A DNA stretch of 41,371 nt, taken from Kosmotogaceae bacterium. GTDB taxonomy: Bacteria; Thermotogota; Thermotogae; Petrotogales; Kosmotogaceae. The position numbers and the translations under genes were made by a program. Of the stretch, positions 37,125-41,371 are shown piece by piece. The first letter of the stretch is position 1; every line of letters begins with the position of its first letter. The notes under the pieces were generated by a model. The model worked only from the letters and a program-made list of their open reading frames with translations. It was not told where the DNA came from and did no database searches. The stretch is from positions 139,532-180,902 of the forward strand of contig JBNGCV010000001.1 in assembly GCA_049975465.1 (NCBI GenBank), read 5' to 3'.

Positions 37125-38378
37125 TTATAAGTTTGAATTTTTTAGATTCACAAAATATTCTGGAGAAACCGCAGCTCCTCCCAGTCTTCTTGAGTGCTCT
37201 GCGGCAAATGCCATCATATGACTGTGTATAGAATTTTCAAGAGATGTTGATATCAAATTTCTATCTCCTTTTAACCATGAAATAAACGCATCTATCAGTC
37301 CATAATCACCACCGCTATGACTACCATAGTTTTCTTTAATCGGATAATGCATTCTACCTTTTCCAAATACACTGAGTTCAACATTGCCTGTTTCAAGATC
37401 TCCTATCATTTCTCCATGAGAACCGTGTATGTTTAATGTGCGAGTAATTTTACCTGTAAACGCAGTCATTGTGAAATTGGCAATAATGTCATTGTCAAAA
37501 ATGAAAAAAACTGTTTGATGATCAACGACATCATTATCAGAACTGAAAACACATCTACCATAGGGTCCATACTTTATCGCTTCTCTTCTTGCTTCAAGGG
37601 AACTATCAGTTGAAATAACCGATACTGGCCATTCTGTTTTGTCCTGAAGATATATCTTAACAGCAGAATACGGACAGAATTCTTCAACAGGACAGTTTAG
37701 ACACCTATCTGCTGCACCTTCTGGTTTATTTTCTTTATTAAAATAAAACAACTTACCTTTCGAAATAACCTTTTTACACGATCTCCCGGTCAACCAGTAA
37801 AGAATATCTGCGTCATGGCAACTTTTTGTTAAAATCGCTGGTCCTGATTCCTTCTCATTTCTCCAGTTACCTCTGACATAACTGTGGGCAAAGTGAAAAT
37901 AACCAATCTTCTCAGTCTGCTCGATTCCAATTAGCTTACCAATTTTCCCATCATCTATTAATGACTTCACTGTTTTGTAAAAGGGAGTGTAACGCAATAC
38001 ATGAGCCACAGCAACTTTACCAGACGTTTCCCTGCATTCAAGTATCTTGAGTAAATCATCGGTTGATTGCGCAATTGGTTTTTCTAAAAGTATTCTGTAA
38101 TCTTGTTTCGCAAATTCAATCAAAGGCTCTACATGCAATCGATCCGGGGTAGCAATAATTATGCCATCACTGATTCTTCCTTTTTCTAAAAGCGTCTTCC
38201 AATCTTTGAAGCACATTTCGCGACTAATTCCATAAGCATTTGCAAAACGTATACGTTTTTCTTCATCAGGTTCAGCAACAGCTACAACCTCAGCATCTTC
38301 CCTTTGATTTAAAAGGCTTCCGTATGCTTCATAACCTCTGTTACCAGCACCAACAATACTTATCGTAACTTTCCCCAT
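37125..38378 (-). CDS. Gfo/Idh/MocA family NAD(P)-dependent oxidoreductase (long form, 417 aa)
   Basis: N-terminal Rossmann fold ISIVGAGNRGYEAY...VVAVAEPDEEKR and a Cys-rich C-terminal extension (CLNCPVEEFCP). Confidence 0.85.
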   Translation of the reverse strand: MGKVTISIVGAGNRGYEAYGSLLNQREDAEVVAVAEPDEEKRIRFANAYGISREMCFKDWKTLLEKGRISDGIIIATPDRLHVEPLIEFAKQDYRILLEKPIAQSTDDLLKILECRETSGKVAVAHVLRYTPFYKTVKSLIDDGKIGKLIGIEQTEKIGYFHFAHSYVRGNWRNEKESGPAILTKSCHDADILYWLTGRSCKKVISKGKLFYFNKENKPEGAADRCLNCPVEEFCPYSAVKIYLQDKTEWPVSVISTDSSLEARREAIKYGPYGRCVFSSDNDVVDHQTVFFIFDNDIIANFTMTAFTGKITRTLNIHGSHGEMIGDLETGNVELSVFGKGRMHYPIKENYGSHSGGDYGLIDAFISWLKGDRNLISTSLENSIHSHMMAFAAEHSRRLGGAAVSPEYFVNLKNSNL

Positions 38379-38402
38379 AATTTCACTCTCCTATAAACAT
38401 TA

Positions 38403-38415
38403 TACATTTGATGTA
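38403..38415. promoter_or_regulatory. Palindrome TACAT-ttg-ATGTA, a candidate NiaR operator overlapping the niaR promoter
   Basis: 5+3+5 inverted repeat, 18 nt upstream of the extended -10 TGCTATAAT. Confidence 0.4.
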
Positions 38416-38432
38416 ATCGAATAAAAAACCTA

Positions 38433-38441
38433 TGCTATAAT
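38433..38441 (+). promoter_or_regulatory. Extended -10 (TGCTATAAT) promoter element for niaR-niaP
   Basis: Perfect TGnTATAAT about 40 nt upstream of the niaR ATG. Confidence 0.4.
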
Positions 38442-38479
38442 AGTAGCAGTCTATTAACAGTTTATAGCAGGTGATAATT

Positions 38480-38989
38480 ATGAACAGAGAACAGCGCCTG
38501 CAAAAAATAATCGTTATTCTTTCAAGAAACAAAACGCAGTTAAGCGGGAACAAACTCTCTGAAAAGTTAAATGTGAGTCGTCAGATGATCGTGAAAGATA
38601 TCAGTTTGTTAAGAAGCAGAGGTTATGAAATTCGTTCAACCTCCAGAGGATACATATATTGCGCAAATAAAAGAATAAGAAAAATGATAGTGGTAAGTCA
38701 TGAACCGGAAAGGATAGGTGAAGAACTCAGGCTGATAGTTAATAATAAGGGCAGAGTTCTTGATGTAATTATTGAACACCCTGTTTATGGTGAATTAAAG
38801 GGCAGGATAGATGTTTCTACGAAGGAGGACGTTTCACGCTTTTTAGCACGCTTGAAAGGAAGCAACGCTTTTCCACTTCTTAAATTATCAACTGAAGGGA
38901 TACATATGCACACAATTGAAGTTGAAAACGAAAAACACTTTAACCGCATTCTAAATAAACTTGATGAAGCAGGTTTCTTAGTTAAGTAA
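38480..38989 (+). CDS. niaR: Niacin-responsive transcriptional repressor NiaR (YrxA family; HTH plus 3H domain)
   Basis: Aligns with B. subtilis YrxA along its length (LNVSRQMIVKDISLL; HEPERIGEELRLIV; VIIEHPVYGEL; LSTEGIHMHTI; LDEAGFL). The ATG at 38480 follows RBS AGGTGA. Confidence 0.8.
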   Translation: MNREQRLQKIIVILSRNKTQLSGNKLSEKLNVSRQMIVKDISLLRSRGYEIRSTSRGYIYCANKRIRKMIVVSHEPERIGEELRLIVNNKGRVLDVIIEHPVYGELKGRIDVSTKEDVSRFLARLKGSNAFPLLKLSTEGIHMHTIEVENEKHFNRILNKLDEAGFLVK

Positions 38990-39018
38990 CATCGAAAAAA
39001 CATACTGGGGGTGATGTC

Positions 39019-40302
39019 GTGATAATCGACAATGTTATAGGCAAATATCTTACCAAAAAACAACAAAGACGACTACTGTTGCTAACGTCGTTACAATGGA
39101 TGGCAGTTGCTGCAGGTGTTATGATTCTTTCTCTTACCTTACCAGCGATAATCAAAGATCTCCCTGGTGGATCAGAAATGCAGGGAACACTGGCAAGTTC
39201 TGTATTTATGGGTATGTTAGTTGGTGCTCTAACTTCCGGAACGCTTTCAGACAGATTTGGAAGAAAGATCACAAATATCATTTTTTTGGTAAATGCAATC
39301 ATTTTCACATTCCTGAGTGGCATGTCACACAGTGCAACACATTTTGCGATCTTCAGATTTTTTTCTGGTATAGGTTTTGGTGGCTTATTACCGGTTGTCA
39401 ACGCATATTTGTCGGAGCTCAGTCCAATTAAAAATCGTGGGAGATATCTTACACTACTTGAATCGAGCTGGGCAGTAGGTAGCATTATTATAGGTTTATT
39501 TTCTGTGTTGACTGTCGATTCAATAGGATGGCGGCCGTCATATTTAGTGCTTGCGGGTTATAGTCTAATTTTGCTTTTCATCGCATTTATGCTTCCTGAA
39601 AGTCCAAAATTTGCTTATATAAAAGGTGGAAAAAAGGCACTTGAAAAAGCCCTGGATAATAAAATTGAAGAAAATATTGAAATGCATGAACCCAAAAAAA
39701 TACCTTTACTTCAATTAATAAAAGGCAAATATCTACCAAGAACAATAATGATATGGCTCGCCTGGTTTAGTGTTAGCTTTTCTTATTATGGGATTTTCAC
39801 CTGGGCACCTAAACTGTTCGAAGCTAAAGGGCTCTCAGCTGTATCAGCTTCCTGGTATACATTTTTCATGCTGTTAATGCAGCTACCCGGCTATCTGTTA
39901 GCTACATATTTCATAGATAAAATTGGTAGAAAGAAAACAGGTATCTTTTTCTTTTCTGGTACCGGCATTGCCATACTCTTACTTCTCTTTGTAAATACCC
40001 AATCTCTTCTATTCACTTTTGCTGTTGTCATGTCAATATTCAATATGGGAGCATGGGGACTTGTTTACGCATACACTCCAGAATTGTACCCCACTGAAAT
40101 GAGATCAAGGGCAAATGGAACATCGGGGGTAATGGCGCGTGCTTCAGGAATAATTGCCCCCTACTTCACTGCCAGTTTGATGGCAATGGGAAATGTGTTT
40201 GGAATAACTACAATTACGCTCACCATCATGCTTATTATGTTAATAACAGCATTTTTCATTTCCAGATTTGGTATAGAAACAATGAACAAAGCTATTGAAT
40301 AG
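39019..40302 (+). CDS. niaP: MFS transporter, probably the niacin transporter NiaP (sugar-porter-like MFS)
   Basis: 12-TM MFS with SDRFGRK and LPESPKF motifs. Lies directly downstream of niaR. GTG start after GGGGGTGA. Confidence 0.65.
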   Translation: MIIDNVIGKYLTKKQQRRLLLLTSLQWMAVAAGVMILSLTLPAIIKDLPGGSEMQGTLASSVFMGMLVGALTSGTLSDRFGRKITNIIFLVNAIIFTFLSGMSHSATHFAIFRFFSGIGFGGLLPVVNAYLSELSPIKNRGRYLTLLESSWAVGSIIIGLFSVLTVDSIGWRPSYLVLAGYSLILLFIAFMLPESPKFAYIKGGKKALEKALDNKIEENIEMHEPKKIPLLQLIKGKYLPRTIMIWLAWFSVSFSYYGIFTWAPKLFEAKGLSAVSASWYTFFMLLMQLPGYLLATYFIDKIGRKKTGIFFFSGTGIAILLLLFVNTQSLLFTFAVVMSIFNMGAWGLVYAYTPELYPTEMRSRANGTSGVMARASGIIAPYFTASLMAMGNVFGITTITLTIMLIMLITAFFISRFGIETMNKAIE

Positions 40303-40321
40303 CAAAAAGAGTATTTAATAA

Positions 40322-40352
40322 AAAGCAGGCGATTAATCGCCTGTTTTTTATT
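40322..40352. terminator. Bidirectional rho-independent terminator (niaP on +, leuS on -)
   Basis: CAGGCGA-ttaa-TCGCCTG flanked by an A-run upstream and TTTTTTATT downstream. Confidence 0.6.
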
Positions 40353-40366
40353 ATCTCCTTAAATTA

Positions 40367-41371
40367 TCATTTTACTATTATATTCATTATTTTATCCTTT
40401 ATGTATATAACCTTTCTAATATTTCTTCCTTCAATGTACCTGGCAAGTCTTTTATCTTTCTTTGCTTTTTCGAGTATTTTTTTCTCCCCGGCATCTTTGT
40501 TAACTTGAACCTTACCTCTCATTTTTCCATTTATTTGAACGGGAACTTCTATCGTGGCAATCTCCTTGTATTTTTCATATCCCTCAGGGAAACCGGAATC
40601 GAGTATCGTTCCTTTTCCACCCTTCATTTCATTTATTTCTTCGCTGATAAAAGGAGCAAAGGGTGAAAGCAATTTAGCGAGATCAAGGACGATCTTTTTT
40701 TCAATATGCTCTTCTTTCATTGCTTCATTTATGAACTCCATAATCGCTGCGACAGCGGTGTTGTATTTGATATTTTCTATTGAATAACTGACTTTATCCA
40801 CGGTTTCTGCCATTTTAATTTTTAGATCTATTGAACTCTCTCCTTCAGGCAAATTTGCTACATCCCAGACCCTGTTCAGGAACCTTTTGGTAGCATCCAT
40901 ACCGCTGTCTCTGAAATCGCCGCCTTCCAAAAAATTACCCATAAACATCAAATATGTTCTCAAAACATCAACACCATGGGTATCAAAATAATCATTTGGA
41001 TTGACGGTATTCCCCTTTGATTTGCTCATCTTCTGACCGTCCTTTACTATCAAACCATGACCTCTAAAAGATTTAAAAGGTTCTTCGAATGGTAAATAAC
41101 CTAGATCATGCAAAGCCATGGTGATAAATCTCGAATACATTAAATGAAGATTTGCATGTTCATTACCTCCAATGTACATATCAACTGGCAACCACTTCTT
41201 TACCAATTCTAAATCAAAAGGCTTTTCAACATCATTTGGTGAAACATATCTAAGGAAGTACCATGCAGAATCCAGAAAATTGTCACTTACATCAGTCTCT
41301 CTTCTAGCGGGCCCTCCGCATTTGGGGCATGTGGTGTTCACAAAATCTTTTTTTCGTGCAAGAGGTGCCAG
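40367..41371 (-). CDS. leuS: Leucyl-tRNA synthetase, C-terminal part; the gene continues beyond the window end
   Basis: KMSKSKGN motif, anticodon-binding C-terminal domain. The frame is open to the window edge. Confidence 0.9.
   Translation of the reverse strand: MAPLARKKDFVNTTCPKCGGPARRETDVSDNFLDSAWYFLRYVSPNDVEKPFDLELVKKWLPVDMYIGGNEHANLHLMYSRFITMALHDLGYLPFEEPFKSFRGHGLIVKDGQKMSKSKGNTVNPNDYFDTHGVDVLRTYLMFMGNFLEGGDFRDSGMDATKRFLNRVWDVANLPEGESSIDLKIKMAETVDKVSYSIENIKYNTAVAAIMEFINEAMKEEHIEKKIVLDLAKLLSPFAPFISEEINEMKGGKGTILDSGFPEGYEKYKEIATIEVPVQINGKMRGKVQVNKDAGEKKILEKAKKDKRLARYIEGRNIRKVIYIKDKIMNIIVK

Noticed and set aside
1-41371. CRISPR arrays, IS elements, integrases, prophage genes, tRNA or rRNA genes
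   Set aside because: I scanned for direct-repeat arrays, transposase/integrase-like ORFs and GC-rich tRNA-like islands and found none. The only GC-rich island is the SRP RNA.

Overview
This 41.4-kb window is low-GC (roughly mid-30s %) and extremely gene-dense. It has the look of a Thermotogota chromosome (Thermotoga / Fervidobacterium / Thermosipho-like); a low-GC thermophilic Firmicute is the alternative. Supporting this are a long Bacillus-type SRP RNA, the block rnz–nfeD–SPFH–membrane protein–PDO–trxB (I recall the same order from T. maritima, gene numbers not checked), outer-membrane-like proteins ending in F, and GAGGTGA-type ribosome-binding sites.

Most of the window is core housekeeping. 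In order: rsmJ-like (5' partial), miaA–hfq–hflX, an M23 peptidase, metK and rpsT; then a MalK/MsmK-type sugar ABC ATPase preceded by a Phd/YefM-like gene. A long overlapping minus-strand cluster (gatA–gatB–OMP-like–hemW–ferritin-like–dCMP deaminase–korB–korC–dgkA–LysM/M23–DUF523) is followed by prmA, a DUF501 gene and uvrC, then HU, the SRP RNA (ffs) and a 463-aa hypothetical. The second half holds rpsF–ssb–rpsR–rplI, rnz, nfeD–SPFH, a thioredoxin-fold PDO plus trxB, and an LD-carboxypeptidase. It ends with a sugar ABC SBP + two permeases + ROK regulator convergent with a TreT-type trehalose synthase and a Gfo/Idh/MocA oxidoreductase, then niaR–niaP and the 3' end of leuS. I saw no CRISPR array, transposase, integrase or tRNA gene.

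The features that ORF calling does not explain are:
- hflX appears to start at an ATA codon with a strong SD.
- A perfect 16-bp palindrome lies over the -10 between the orphan Phd/YefM-like gene and an uncharacterised NqrF-like reductase + two-hypothetical operon.
- The SRP RNA has a consensus promoter and is overlapped by a spurious ORF.
- A 463-aa protein has no recognisable family.
- KorB/KorC has no KorA.
- The rpsF leader contains a hairpin.
- niaR–niaP carries a 13-bp palindromic candidate operator over its promoter.

All calls were made by eye from the sequence and the ORF track; no searches were run.
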